From assembly GCF_009914755.1 (NCBI RefSeq), contig NC_060932.1: a stretch of DNA of 64,000 nucleotides. The stretch is one strand, 5' to 3'. This stretch comes from the human T2T-CHM13v2.0 reference genome, Homo sapiens. A model generated the notes under the pieces. That model did not search any database, was not told the DNA's origin, and worked only from the letters and a program-made list of their open reading frames with translations. Within the stretch, counting starts at the first letter, position 1, and the number at the start of each line of letters is the position of its first letter. This document shows, in pieces, positions 17,020 through 31,040 of this stretch. The position numbers and the translations under genes are program-made.

Positions 17020-17331
17020 TTTTTTTTTTTTTTTTTTTTTTTTTTCTCCAGTCAGAGTCTCACTCTGTTGCCCAGGCTGGAGTTCAGTGGCACAATCCTG
17101 ACTAGCTGCAAGACTCTGCCTCCCAGGTTCAAGTGATTCTCCTGCCTCAGCCTCCCAAGTAGCTGGGATTACAGGCATGCACCACCATGCCAGGTAATAT
17201 TTTGTATTTTTAGTAGAGACTGGGTTTTGCCATGTTGGCTAGGCTGGTCTCGATCTCCTGAGCTAAGGCAATCTGCCCACCTCAGCCTCCCAAAGTGCTA
17301 GGATTACAGGTGTGAGCCACTGCGCCCAGCC
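17020..17331 (-). mobile_element. Full-length AluS
   Basis: Reverse dimer with T-run; TSD TTGCCTGTGATTT at 17000-17012 and 17335-17347. Confidence 0.95.
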
Positions 17332-17857
17332 ATGTTGCCTGTGATTTCTTTCTAAGGCCTTTACTTTGCCTTTTTCTCATTTAAGTATAATGAATGGGTC
17401 ATTCTTTTAAAAAAGATATTCATAATTGGGTACAACCAGGTAAAGCAATTGCTTAATTCTACTGCTTCTTAAGAAGGTTCGTATTCCAAAAGTTACAGTT
17501 GCTTTTGCTTCATTGTTTTTAGTCTTTTATAATTTAATAACACATTATTCTGCAAGTTCGGGGTTTTGTTTGTTGGCTTTTTTGTCTGTGTCTGTTTTTG
17601 CTTTGGGTTGATAAATCTCCATTTTAGTGTTCTCACCTGAGAAACTCATGCAGCCCAGGCCCACCTTCACACACCCTCCCTCCCCATTCTCCAGCTCCGA
17701 CCCCCAATCCTGTGGAATTTTATTGGTCTTAAGGATATACACCTCCTGACTCATAGCCAAGCCTCACAGTAAAGCTGCTAAGAGGTTGTCAGGGGCACTC
17801 ATCTACCAGCACAAGCTAAGAGTGATCACATTGTCCTCAACCATCTCTCCACCCTGA

Positions 17858-18246
<389 letters not shown>

Positions 18247-18446
18247 CTTTTTCACTGTATGTCTATTTCCAGTTACTGATTCACAGAAGAAAAGCTTGGT
18301 CAACATTTTTGTAATCAGTAGCTCACCTATTTATTTTCTTTTATCCCGATCACAATTTTCATCACCTTACTTGATTTCCTCATTTCTTACCAGTTTTCCA
18401 AACTCTGCCTTTTGTCCACACACCCATTGACACCTTTTAAAAATCA

Positions 18447-18740
<294 letters not shown>

Positions 18741-19348
18741 TAACGTCTAGAATTGTTAAACTACTTATGTATTATTAATTTTTTGATATAAGCATTTACT
18801 TTTCATCTTTGAATGAGGCTATGTCTAGCCTGTCCTGGCATTTACCCTCAAAGGATTATAAGTAGCTTCTGTTTCTCCATCCTATTCCTTTAGTTTATGT
18901 TAGAATTCTCTGTCTTTGTCTGGAGGTTGGATGATGTCGGCTTACTTAAAGTTTTCTGATCCATGACCTAGCAGTATGAAGAAGACAGAAAGAGAACTGA
19001 TGCTAAGGACAGTCCCAGCAGATAAGTTTTGTCTCTACACAGCTTCTTCTCTGTGTTTACTGAAAATATTATATAGCAAGTAGGTTTTGTGTATCTACCA
19101 TCTCTTCAGCCAAGCCTCCATCTTGGGTACACTCTGCAGCTTGACTGGTGACTGCCTATCCCATCGGAAGAAAGCATTGTAGTGTCCAAGAAGGGTCCCT
19201 ACAGCAAGAAAATGAGCTGTGGAATATTCTGGAAAAAACTAAGTCAGGGGAAATGCTAGAAGTTCTATTTAGTTTTGCAGCTTTACCCAGAGCCTCCAAG
19301 TGTAGCCACCTCTGGATCTGAAAGCCATTTCACATGGAGCCATCTGTT

Positions 19349-19418
19349 TCTCTCTCTCTCTCTCTCTCTCTCCCACTCCCTTCCCCTCTCTCTCTCTCTC
19401 TCCCCTTCCCTTTCTCCC
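19349..19418. repeat. (CT)n / polypyrimidine tract
   Basis: Two (TC)n runs separated by CCCACTCCCTTCCCC. Confidence 0.9.
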
Positions 19419-20564
19419 ATACCCTACCCACAATTCTATACTTTACCAATACTGTAGCTCCTTGTGACTTTTCCATTTTCCATGGAAGGCAATTATGAGC
19501 TAGGCTTTTCGATTGCTTTCACACTGGTTCCATCCAATGGAGAACCAACAGACTTGTTTTTGAGGCAATGAATGGCACCCCTTCTTAGTTTCCATCACTG
19601 ATTCTGACTTTCTTCTATTTTTGCATTTCTTTGTTCATTTCAGCCAATTCTGATGGTAGTAGAAGGGGTGGCCAGTGCTGGTGCCCTCACCGCCAGCCTT
19701 CCCAGAACTCTCACAGTGTGTGCTCCTTTTGATTTAGATAATCCGTGCCCTTTGGAGTAAATCTGACTTGACCATTCTGCTGACTAAGACACTCTGGTCT
19801 TCCTAACCCTTACAAAGAAGGCTCTATTTTAAAAGATGATGCTACTGACATGTATCATTATTTAATAATGTATATTTGAAAATGTAATTGCCCAAATATT
19901 ACCTTCTCAGAGACACAGAGGTCAGGATCTCCCTGAGACAGAAAGTTTATCCAAAGAAAATGAAGATTTGATTAAAATGGAACATAGAAGTTCTCTTGAA
20001 ACTGTTTTCCCACTGCCGTGGGAATAGAAATTTGTCAATGCCCTCTGAAAGGTTTTGTTCAGACTCAGCCACTATTATCAGAATATTTTGTTTCTATCTA
20101 TAAGACATTCTGCACATTCCTTCTATAATATAGGGAATGATAACAAGTCCTAATATCTTCTTTCTCTTTGGTGAGTTACTAAGAAACCTGTGAAGCTGTG
20201 TAAGATTTTTCATCACTAAATAAACCTAAAATAGGACCAAAGCCTCAGGGTCCCTGAGCACAGAGAATGAAAAGAGCATAAGTTTCACGGCTCAGGAAGG
20301 TTCTCAACGAGACCTTTGTAGTAGGCACTGAGACTCCCTGCCTGCCAGCTCTATGCATTTGAAGACTAAAGGGTCTTCACTTTTCTCCAAACCAGTGCAA
20401 CAAACAACATAACTTCTGCCAGGCACAAACATCCATATGGACTCACATTTTGGTCTGATCCTGCTGGTATTTGACTTCTCGCAACTGCCACCATATGTCC
20501 ACTAATCTAAACGTGTCAATTTCATATTTGATCATCATTTTACACCTCTAACTCGGTGCATCCC

Positions 20565-20714
20565 ACACATTTAGTAGGCATATGGATCACTTGGGATCCT
20601 GTTAAAATGCAGATTCTGATTCAGTAGGCCTGGTGTGAGGCCCGAGAGTCCACATTTCTATCAGATCCCCAGATCATGCCAAGGCTGCTGGTGTAGAGAC
20701 CACGTTTTGAATAG
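20565..20714. mobile_element. MER5A-like hAT DNA transposon
   Basis: TGTTAAAATGCAGATTCTGATTCAGTAGG..TGAGGCCCGAGA..CATTTCTA..GACCACGTTTTGAATAG. Confidence 0.8.
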
Positions 20715-20819
20715 AAAGTTTTTGTTCACGTGTGTTAATTTCTTATCTCACTGGGCTTTCATTGTTAATTCTAAACTTATGTTTTAATTAATAAACTTAA
20801 TTTTCAAAGTCCTTCTCAA

Positions 20820-21540
20820 TAGGTAAGATAATTTTCTTCCTCTGGCTTCTTTCAAGATTTTTTTATTTTTGACTTTCTAAAGTTTGAATACAATATGCCT
20901 AGGTGTATGTTTTTGTCATTTATCTTGCTTGGTGTTCTTTGAGCTTCTTGGACCTGTTTGGTGTCTGACATTAATGTGGGGAAACTGTCAGTCATTATTG
21001 CTTCAATTTTTTTTTTTTTTTGAGACAGAGTCTTGCTCTGCTGCCCAGGCTGAAGTGCAGTGGCATGAATTCGGCTCACTCCAACCTCTGCCTCCAGGAT
21101 TCAAGCAATTTCTGGCTAATTTTTGTATTTTTGGTAGAGGAGGGATTTTACCATGTTGGCCAGGCTGGTCTCGAACTCCTGACCTCAACCGATCCGCCCG
21201 CCTTGGCCCCCCAAAGTGGTAGGATTACAGATGTGAGCCACCATGGCCAGCCTTCGAATATTATTTCTGCTCCTGTGTCTCATCAGAGAATCTTTCTCCA
21301 GTGTCCACTGTGCATACCAGGTGTAGCTCCTGAAAGGAAATCTCGCAAAAGTTTAGGGTTTCTCTATGACTGGACCCCCTGTGGAGTGTTTAAGTTTTGA
21401 ACTTGTCCACTGATGTCACTTCTCTGATGCACCTAAAAAGAGTGGTTCATTTTTCAGTTTGTCCCGCTTTTTACTTGTAGCTAGGATGGAATGGCAACTT
21501 CTAAGCTCCTTACATGCCGACTGAAAACTGGAAGTCTAAA
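20820..21540 (-). mobile_element. Old L1M 5'/ORF1-region fragments interrupted by an Alu
   Basis: CTCTGGCTTCTTTCAAGATTTT..AGTTTGAATACAATATGCCTAGGTGT; minus-strand peptide [12 protein letters not shown] resembles L1 ORF1p. Confidence 0.7.
21006..21252 (-). mobile_element. AluS with ~45-bp internal deletion
   Basis: CAAGCAATT|TCTGGCTAATTTTTG junction lacks the CTCCTGCCTCAGCC..CACCA segment. Confidence 0.9.
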
Positions 21541-21645
21541 CTTATTTTTTATCCATTATTTTTAAAAGCTTCATGCTAATCTCTACTTCGGAGCAACCTG
21601 ACGTTTAGAAAGTGGGACACAATAGGGTGGAACCAACTTTTCGAG

Positions 21646-21870
21646 CAGCGCTTCTCAAACTGTGTGCAGTAAAGTACTATTATTTCCCCAATCTATCACA
21701 GATGGATGTTTTCTAAAATACCATAAAAGTTAATTAGAAAAATTATAAGGCAAACATGTAAGATACAAACATTTATTATATTCAACAAACATTCTATTGC
21801 TCTATCAAGTACTATAAAAGCTTCTAAATGCTTAATCACAATTTTTTTATTATTTCTTTCAAATCTGTGT
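21646..21870. mobile_element. hAT-Charlie-like DNA transposon fragment
   Basis: Begins with CAGCGCTTCTCAAACT, a Charlie-type TIR, followed by AT-rich internal sequence. Confidence 0.5.
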
Positions 21871-21957
21871 AAATTATAAGATACGGGGATTTTTAAATGT
21901 GGGTACTTGCTAATAACCTACTCTCCAGGTTCAATCTCATTCTGAACTCCAGAACTA

Positions 21958-22608
21958 TAATGATTTTCATTATTTGTGGTAGTTATGGTATATAAAGTCA
22001 CCATAACCACTGAATTAGCAAGTACTGAATTTTTGCTCCTGAGGAAAATATAGAGTTAGGTTCCTCTGAGCCTCTGGTAACAACATTTTAATCTACTTAT
22101 CTATATATAACTTTGTTTTACATGTGTTTTTTTTTTAAAGACTCTTAATTGTACATAGATTGTTAATTAACATCAAACTTATGCCCACTAACACTATAAT
22201 TTATGCCTGAATGAAACTTATGTAACACAAATATTTTCCATAAGGCACATCACAGCCTGATCACATTTAGGGACAACATACAGCACTTGCAGTCCATTTG
22301 GGGTCCCTTTAGACAGAACAATCTCCACACAAAAAGCACAAGCATGGAAAAAACATGGTGCTAAATAGACTTCAAAGAAGACAGCTGTTTACAGTATGAG
22401 AGTTGAATCAAGGAGACAGAGTATTGCCTTGCTCAATCTCAGCTGGGAACTAGGCCTTATGTACTAAGCTGTGCAAATTATCTACTCTTCTGAACATGTC
22501 CATGAATGATTATGAATGTACTGAAAGTATTAACTTGGGAATTACAGATGAATTTTATTGATTAGTCAAATTCAGAAATATAAAATCTATAAATAATTAG
22601 GATTGACT
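21958..22608. mobile_element. TcMar-Tigger non-autonomous element (MER82-like, ~650 bp)
   Basis: Degenerate TIRs (GATTTTCATTATTTGTGG ... ATAAATAATTAGGATTGACTG) and internal CACTGAATTAGCAAGTACTGAA..GTTAGGTTCCTCTGAGCCTCTGG. Confidence 0.7.
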
Positions 22609-22629
22609 GTGTGTATGTGTGTGAACATG

Positions 22630-23540
22630 TACACAATATCTCCCTTTGGAAGTTTAAAAGGACTCTCAACTTTACCATATGCAAGACAGAACACTGATTT
22701 TCCCACCAAAACTCTTTGTCCTATGGATTTTCCCATCTCAGTACATGACAATTTTTACTGTTGCCAGGACCAAAACACCTTAAGAGTTTCTTCTCTCACC
22801 CTGAGTATATCCAAAGTCTGATCACTGCTCACACACCCATCTGGTCCAAGCACAATGACCCCTTTGCCTGTTTTATTACAATAGCTTCCCAAATGGCCTA
22901 TCTTCTATTAAGGAGACAGAATTTTCTTTAGACAATTATTTCATGTTTCCAAAACACTTTTATTATTTTTTTAACATGTTAACATTTCTGAAATCAGGAG
23001 GAGAATTACAAACAACAATTAAGAAAGTTTTGGGCCATAGTTTAAATGACAATATTTTTTCCAGGAGTAAATAAAATAATGTCAGGCCTTACATTTTAAG
23101 GTATCTCAGATGCAATGATAAACAGTAGGATAAATTACATTGCTTCACTATGAAAAGGTCCCAATGGCTTCCCACCTCATTCAGAGTAAAGTTTTTATTG
23201 AGACCTGCAAGGTCTTGCCCGATTCCCTGTCTCCCAACTTCTCCCATCTCATCCCTAACCGCTCCCCAACTTGGCCACGTGACTCCATCCACTCTGGTCT
23301 TTTTGTTCCTGCTTCAAGGCCTTAACCCTTGCTCTTTCTGCCACTTGTATGTCTCCTAGCTGTTCCCTCACTTATTTATCTGTCGTCAGTCCTGCCTTCT
23401 CAATGAGGTCTTCTCTAACCCCATCCCCTCTGAAATTACCACACCCCCTGACACTCTTCTCTACTTTATTTTTCAACTTAGAACTTCATACTAACTGATA
23501 CAGCATACATGTTTACTGCTTCCTCCCCCAACCACAATGC
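22630..23540 (+). mobile_element. L2 fragments
   Basis: CCAATGGCTTCCCACCTCATTCAGAGTAAA, TTCTCAATGAGGTCTTCTCTAACC and related L2 motifs. Confidence 0.6.
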
Positions 23541-26129
23541 AAGCCTTTTAAATCTGAGCTGTGACTTCTAGAGGATTGAGAAAAGGTAAACTTCAGTGAG
23601 TTAAAACTATATTATCAATTAAGTTTGCAAGCTGGGTGCCTTCTTCTCCAGGCTCCTGAGAGCTTATTATTTAGGAAATTGAGTAAAAGTTATATGTGGA
23701 ATAAAGAACTATCCCCAAACCTGAAAATAGGCAGCGTGCTCTTGGAGGGTCCATTCTGACAGTGTTCACTTTACCACACCAGGGTTTTTTTGTTACAAAA
23801 ATCATTGACCTTAATTACTCACAGTCTTTCTTCTCCTCTCACTGCTTAATATGATAACTCTATTGGCCTGCTTGTTCATACTCATGAACTTGGTATTGAA
23901 GGCCTTGAACAATTGGGCTCCAGGCTTTCTTTCTGTTTCTCCATTCAGTAGCCTTCCTTAAAAATCACAGGTCCCTCAAACTGGCTCATCCACAACTCTC
24001 TGCTTTTCCCTCCCTCTATACTTTTATTAGCAAGGGCACACTGACTCATAAGGTCCTTGCCTGTCTTCCCCACTCATGCTAAGCCCATCCACACTCCATC
24101 TCTGCAAACATCTCCCAGACGATTCTTGCTTGAAGTTAGAGCCACTGTGCATCTGAGTTTGGAGCAAAATTGTTGCTTGAGCAACTCATTGACTATTATG
24201 CATTGTGACATTGATTTTATTGTTGTCTTGAATTATTCAAGGACTTTACTGTTACTTAACTTACCATCTTTTTTTGAATGCCCTTGGCACTTAGACAGCC
24301 CTTAAATATAGTAGGCTCTCACCAAATATGAAACGAGTTGAAGATCATAACTTTTAGAAGGTAAGTCAATTGATTAGCATACTAAACAGCATTAGCATTA
24401 TGTAAGTTTTGTCTTGTCTGACTTTCTACTATTTATTTTGTCTGGTATCTCCAAACTGTTAACAAGAAAGGGTTAGACCTTCTCAAAAATCAATTAGAAT
24501 AGTTACTCTGAGATAATGTTTGTTCTCAAAATCATATTGTAACTATCACCTCTTTGCCAGTTTGACATAAAGTAGGAAAACAGAGAAACATCTACAACAT
24601 CCAAAAAGTTTAATGGCTTTTCTGTTGGGGCTAGCTGGCATAAACAATTTATTTCACAAGTCAACTACCAAAGAAATTAAAGCAAATGGCCCCCAAAGTA
24701 CAGAGGTTTTACTTTTATATATGCTGTTTAGAGTGTATAAAAAAAGAGTTATTCTTAGAAATCATTTTGAGTTAACTAAGTATGTCATGTCAGACTAATT
24801 GCATTTTCTTATTATTGGACTTCCAAACTGTAAACTCAGGGAAATTTCATCAGCATAATAAAAAAAAAAAAAGATTTTTGAAAAAGGCATTGACATGTTC
24901 CTTTATGATATCTTTGTGGAAAAAATTAGAAATATATGCAATGCACTCAAGTTTTATCATACTCATAATTAACTTACTCAAACACAACACTAGGCAAAAG
25001 GGAAAAAAATAAATTTAATAGTGACAGGTGGAGAGGAAGAGCAATTAGCAGAATGTGCACATTACCCAGGGTCATGGTCTCATCTTTCATTATATATTTG
25101 ACATACTTATTACTGTATAGGATTTAACATACAAATTCCTGTATATAAGTCTTTCACATTATTTAATGATATTCAAGAACAATTTTGACTACACATGAAT
25201 TTTCCCCTAACATTATACAAGATGAAACTGTCCCGAAGTTAACAGATGTTTGAATATTTCTATTAGAAGACAATTCTCTCTGCATCTCTGGCACTTTTTC
25301 AGGCTGTGGGTGTTTTGAGCAAAGACATTTACAGCCAACTGGACAATGATTATATAAGAAGATACTCCAGGAGAGTGAAACTTCCCTTCTTTCCCTGGAG
25401 TAGATTTGTTTATATTCCAGAGCAATAAAGATAGAGTCTGGAGGGGATGATGGACATATTTGCTAAGAGTCCTTTATAAAATGAGGAGTTTCCTAAACTG
25501 AGTTTCCCTCAGGTGGGATACAGATATACTGTGTATAGCATCCTACCCTGGCCCACTCGAAAGCACCCTCAGGGAGATGAGGGAGGCAAGGAGAACTGCT
25601 CTGAACAAAAAGCTCCTGCTGCTTGCTGCACCAAGGACAATACACCACCTATATCCACTAGGGCTGATTGTTTCCTCACCAATAGAATCTACAGAAATGT
25701 GGCACACAAACCTAGCAACTGCGGGCTGCTTAGGGACTACTTCACCACTTGGCAATTTGTAGTCAAACCAGATACAAAATATTTTATTAGCATTTCACAG
25801 TTAACCAAAATGTTAGTCTTAATTACCCTGCAGTTGCTTAATAACATTTTGGCAAACACTTCAATTATTACCAAGAAGTAATATTAAAGAGTTTGAGAGT
25901 GGCAAGAACTGAAAAGGAGAATTAACATTATGGGTAACGAATTTAAAAAAGACTCTATATGATAGGATAATGGTGCAAAATAAAATGGACATTCATAAAA
26001 ATAAATATAAAGTCCTAAACTTTAGTTTAAAACAGTTTCCCAGAGCAGAAGAGGAGTTCAAATTAGCAAGTCACATGGGGGAAATAAGAGAAAAATAAAA
26101 ACACATAGGGAACTTACATTTCCAAACAT

Positions 26130-28790
26130 AAGAGTAAAACAATCAACAATTTCCCTCCTGCTAAAAACAACTGAAACATTGCCCAAAACATAGAAGATGA
26201 CTATTTTCAGACATTGGACAACAGGCAGTGGAGGACAGTGATCCTAACAAAACAGAAAAATAGTTCCTGCCTAAGGTAATACTGAATGTGGGCAAGGAGA
26301 TTTCAAAATAACAGAGTCTAACAATCTCCCAGAGTTTATATTCCAGACCAATAAAGGTAGAAGTTGGCGTTTGGAAAAGCAGAGGCAGAAGAATGGGTAA
26401 CACAGATAAAAGATTCCAGAAATCTGCATAGGGGTCTCCTTGAGTCTTTGGTTGAAGATCATTCAATGCATGTATAAGGTAAAACCCAACAAGCATAGAC
26501 CAGAACAGCTTTCAAGGGAAGAACTATTACAAGGAAGCTGTAAGTCTAACAACTGCCAGAGGTCACCTAAAACTGACAATCTCTTGTGTTTCCTCTAACA
26601 GGTGTGGAGACATCCTCTCTAAACGATGGGCTATTCAGTAGGGACCCTAGAAAGACCAAACCTTTAAAAAAAAAATCTAAATTTTCTCTAGAATAATGGC
26701 CACTCTAGACCTACCCAAAAAAAAAGAGGTTAAAACAACTCTCAAAAGGCTCAAAGTAATGCACATGCAATTTAACTGACTGCAACAAAATAAAAGGTCA
26801 ATATTCTTTAAAGATGCACAACAAAATCTAACATTTAACAATGTAAAATATACAGCAGTCAATCAAAAACTAACATATATAGAGAAAACAGAAAATGTGT
26901 TTCATTATCAATAGAAACAAACTCAGAAATAATAAGATGATGGAATAGGCAGAAGTGGACATTAAAACAGTAATTATAAATGCATTCTATATACTCAAAA
27001 TATATAAGAAAACATGAATGTGATAAGGTAGGAAATGTAGAAAATTTCCAAATCAAATTTATATTGATAAAAAATACAAGCTTTAAAATGAAAATACATG
27101 ACAAAGGATTAACAACCAATTAAACATTGTATAAAAAGATCCAAGAACTTAAAGATATAGCAATAGACGCTATCCAAATGGATGCACAATCAAGGAAATA
27201 ACTTGAAGCCTCAGGGACTATGGAACAAAATCAAGTGATTTCATGTATGTATCACAGTCCTAGAAAAGAGGAGAGAAGAAAATATTTAAGTAATGGCCAA
27301 AATTTTCTGAAATCACATGAAAATTGTAAAAACAGAAAAGATAATTATACCAATAAAAGAATCACATACCTGCAGACAAACTGGAGCAATGTTATTTTTT
27401 AAGGGTTTTTTTACCTCCTTATTCTTAGATTATTACTGTATTAGGGAAGAAATAAGACAATTTTGTGGAGGCTTTTTCTAAAGTCCAATAGTCTTTGAAC
27501 AGATTTTAGATTCTCAGAATAAATGTTTTTGACAAATAAAATATTTGAGATCTAAGGCTTGACAGAGTTCTTGACATGACATCAGAAGCATAATCCATAA
27601 TAGAAAAAAATTAATAAAATGGGCTTCATCCAAATTAGCTTTTATCATGAGAAAATCCTTGTTAAGAGGATGAAAAGACCAGCTACAGACAGAGAAAACA
27701 TTTGCAAACTACAACTCAATTCAAAGAACCCATATGTAGAATATATTTTTAAATTCTAAAAATGCAACAGGAAAAAAAGAAATCAGTCCAATTAGAAACT
27801 GGGAAAAAGATATCAACATTTCACTAAGAGAATATACAGATGGAAAATAAAAACATGAAATGATATTCAGAATCATTAGTCATTAGGGAAATGCAAATTA
27901 AGACCACATGGAGAGTATGCAAAGGATACATATATTCTCATACCTTCCTGTGTGAAAGTAAAATGATGTAGCCGCTCTGGAAAACAATTTGACAGTTTCT
28001 TTAAAACAACTAGATATACACTCACCATGTAATCCAAGAAAATTTACATTTACACAAAAACCTGTACACAAATTTCATAGCAACTTTATTTGTATTAAAT
28101 AATAGCCCCAAACTGGAAATACCCAAAATGTTCTTCAACAGATTAATGGTTGAATAAACTAATTAAAATTGTTAAAATGATAAATTTTATATTATGTGTA
28201 TTTTACCACAACTTTTTAAAAATGAAGGGGAAATAAACACTTTTTCAGACAAACAAAATCTGAAACTATTGATCAGCAGCATACCTTCACTATAAGAAAT
28301 ATTACGGAAAGTTAAGGCAGATGGAAAATAGTTGGATATTGGATATACACAAAATAGAGAATGCTGGCGAAAGTAAACATATATATTATGTATAAAAATA
28401 AAAGACATTTTATCATTTTTAGTCTCCACAAAAGATATTTGATTGTTTCAAATAAAAATAATGGCAATGTGTTTTGAGGTTTATAGCACATACAGAAGTA
28501 AAATGTGCTATAAATGTGAAAATAGCATAAAGGACAGGAGGGAAGAATTGGGTGTGTTCTGCTGTACATTTCTTACACCATATGTGAAGTGGAATAGCAT
28601 TGCTTGAAAGTTAAACCCTACCTTTCAAGTGCCAAAAAATAAAGCAAGGTAGAGATAATAAACGAGTCTTTTTTTAAAAAAACTAAATCCAAAAGAAGGA
28701 GGGGAAGGAAGGAAAAGCAGATGGGAGAAATAGACAAGAAATAGCAAGATGGTAGGTTTAAATTAGACCATGTTGATAATTACATTAAAC
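26130..28790 (+). mobile_element. Cluster of old L1M (L1MC/MD-like) fragments: 5'UTR/ORF1, 3' end, ORF1-ORF2 junction
   Basis: A-rich L1 motifs CATTAGTCATTAGGGAAATGCAAATTAAGACCAC, TATTTTACCACAA, AAATAAACACTTTTTCAGACAAACAAAATCTGA. Confidence 0.7.
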
Positions 28791-28794
28791 ATGC

Positions 28795-29221
28795 CTTATT
28801 TCAGATTATGTCTTCCCAGAAACAGATGTCAAGTTGGAATTAGGATGAGCAAGAGATTTATTGGGGGAAATGTGTGTGAAGGAGCAAGGGAAGACAATTG
28901 GATAGGTGGGAGAAGCTTTTGATTACAATGTAGGCCTGCCATCTGTCAAAGAAGAGAAAGAAGAAAGGAGAATTGAGTATGAAGAGCCTCAGACTATCAC
29001 ACACTTCTCAGACTATCACAGCCAGGCTAATGGAGGCTCACTGAGGAAAGGTTGCTCATTAGAAGCAGAAATTTCCCAATTCTCATAACCCCATCATGCT
29101 GGGAACAGTGTGAGCTCCATGTTGCATCTGAAGGTATAGCTGGAAGTGACTGACTACCTATGCTCCCTACAGAAGATTTGCTTGAACAGAGATTGAGCAG
29201 CAAATCTCCATGGCCACCATA
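28795..29221 (-). mobile_element. LTR16-like ERVL LTR
   Basis: TCTTCCCAGAAACAGA...GCAAGAGATTTATTGGGGG (reverse AATAAA) typical of LTR16; abuts an ERVL internal 3' end; contains the tandem duplication CTCAGACTATCACA x2. Confidence 0.65.
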
Positions 29222-29820
29222 GCCCAGCTTTGCTCTGCACAGATCCACACCTCCACACATGCCATGGTTCCACTGACCTTCTTTCCTTTGGGTAAACTTA
29301 GCGAGATAAACTATAGTCCCTGTTGTTGCAGTTGGTCTTAGGTCCACAATTGATACCCATCATCTCCTCCATCATTCACTCTAAATTTCCCTCCTCTCAG
29401 CTAATGCCTATGCAGGTCATTTCTAAGGATCTGAGTCCCTGGTAATCTTACCATCCTCAGGGGTTGCTGCACATGTTCATTCATAGTTATGATTCGGCAA
29501 GGAAGCACTAGGAGGCATCCAAGCATATAGCCTGGGTGCCACAGCTATTTCTTCCTACCTCCATTGTGTAAAAGCAGACCTGCCTCTTCCTACTGTCAGG
29601 ATCAATCACCCCTTCCAAGATTATTACTCTTCTTTTTACCTGGCCCTTATATAAAGGAATCCAATATGCCCTGGCAGCATATATAGCATGTAGTTCAATA
29701 AGATCCTCTTGCATACTTTAGCAAGAGTATGGCTTGTTTGGGGTGCCAAGGTCTCCAATCTTGCAGAACCCACAGTTGCAGGGATGGGAAGCAGAGACTC
29801 TTCCAACAGGACATTAGATT
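29222..29820 (-). mobile_element. ERVL internal fragment with decayed dUTPase
   Basis: ORF 29508-29714 contains VIILEGVIDPD, matching dUTPase motif 3 (GVIDxDY); its position just upstream of the 3' LTR fits ERVL organisation. Confidence 0.72.
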
Positions 29821-29894
29821 TCATTCAATGTTTCTCTAAACTTAAAACTGCTTAAAAAAATAAAGTCTATTAATTTTAAATGTGGAGGGGAGGA

Positions 29895-30145
29895 GTCAGG
29901 TCATGTCGCTCCTTTGCTCAAAATTTTAGTCACTGCCTATGTTATTCAGAATCTCAGCCAAAGATTTCTATAAGGCCTACAAGGCCTCCTTTCCATTATC
30001 CCTATGACTTAATCTGCTAGTAATTTATCTCTTACTATGGTGCTCCAAGCAGACTTCTAGACTAGGACCTTTGCACTGCCTGGAATGCACTTCACTTAGA
30101 TATTCCCATGGTGAATTCCTTCATCTCCTTCAAATCATTGCTCTA
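29895..30145 (+). mobile_element. L2 fragment
   Basis: GTCAGGTCATGTCGCTCCTTTGCTCAAAA..GGACCTTTGCACT..CCTGGAATGC. Confidence 0.65.
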
Positions 30146-30149
30146 AATA

Positions 30150-31040
30150 ATACATATAACATGTAACCTATACAAAACAAATAAAAAGTTCTTGTAATCT
30201 GTCAAATACCTCAACTGTAAGAAAATGGGCATAGGATTTGAATAAGCTCTTCCCAAATGGGATACCCAAACAGCTCCTATAAAAGGAGACATGATCAACT
30301 CATTAGTTGATCCAAATCCAAATTAAGGACACAATGAAAAACCACTAAATACTCATTAGATTGGCCAAAATTGCAGTATCTGATAGTTTCAAGTTTTAGT
30401 AATAGAGTAATTGGAACTCTCTTGTGGGAGTGAATATTGGTACAAATACTGTGGAAATAGTTTGGCACTATCTGGGAAATTTAAACTATGCATGCCCTGC
30501 CATGTAACAGTTTACACCTAAATATACACTCTGGAGAAACTCTAGTACATAGCCAGGAGATAGAGATATATTCATAGCAGTATTATTCAAAATAGCTCTA
30601 AAACTGGAAATAATCCAAGGGCATCAAGATAGAATCAATACAGAAATTAAATATTAATATTATACATCTATAAACATACATAAACTATAAATACACCCAT
30701 CAACATAAATGAATCTTACAAATATCCCATTGAATGAAAGTAGCAATCACAGAAGAAAAACATTTTATGATTTATTTGTGTACATTTCAAAGACAAAATG
30801 AAATTAAAATTTTTAGTGGGCAAACTATTGAAAAGATAAAATCTATAGCGATACGCAGGGACTTATGGTAAATTTCATTGGTTGATGTTGCATCAGGAGA
30901 GGGAAGATTCTGTTCGGACTGTAGAGAACAACAATAGCAGATTTCTACTTGGTCTGAGTGGTTCACGATGCTTGCTTTGTAATTATTTTTTAAACTGTAC
31001 ATGAGTTTTATCTACTCTTCTGTATGTGTAAAATATTTCA
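30150..31040 (+). mobile_element. Old L1ME-like 3' end
   Basis: GAAAATGGGCATAGGATTTGAA, CTCATTAGATTGGCCAAAATT, TTCATAGCAGTATTATT, ATATTTCACAA. Confidence 0.7.

Noticed and set aside
21572-21590. CATGCTAATCT, matching part of U6 snRNA in reverse
   Set aside because: Only ~11 bp match with no flanking U6 similarity; expected by chance.
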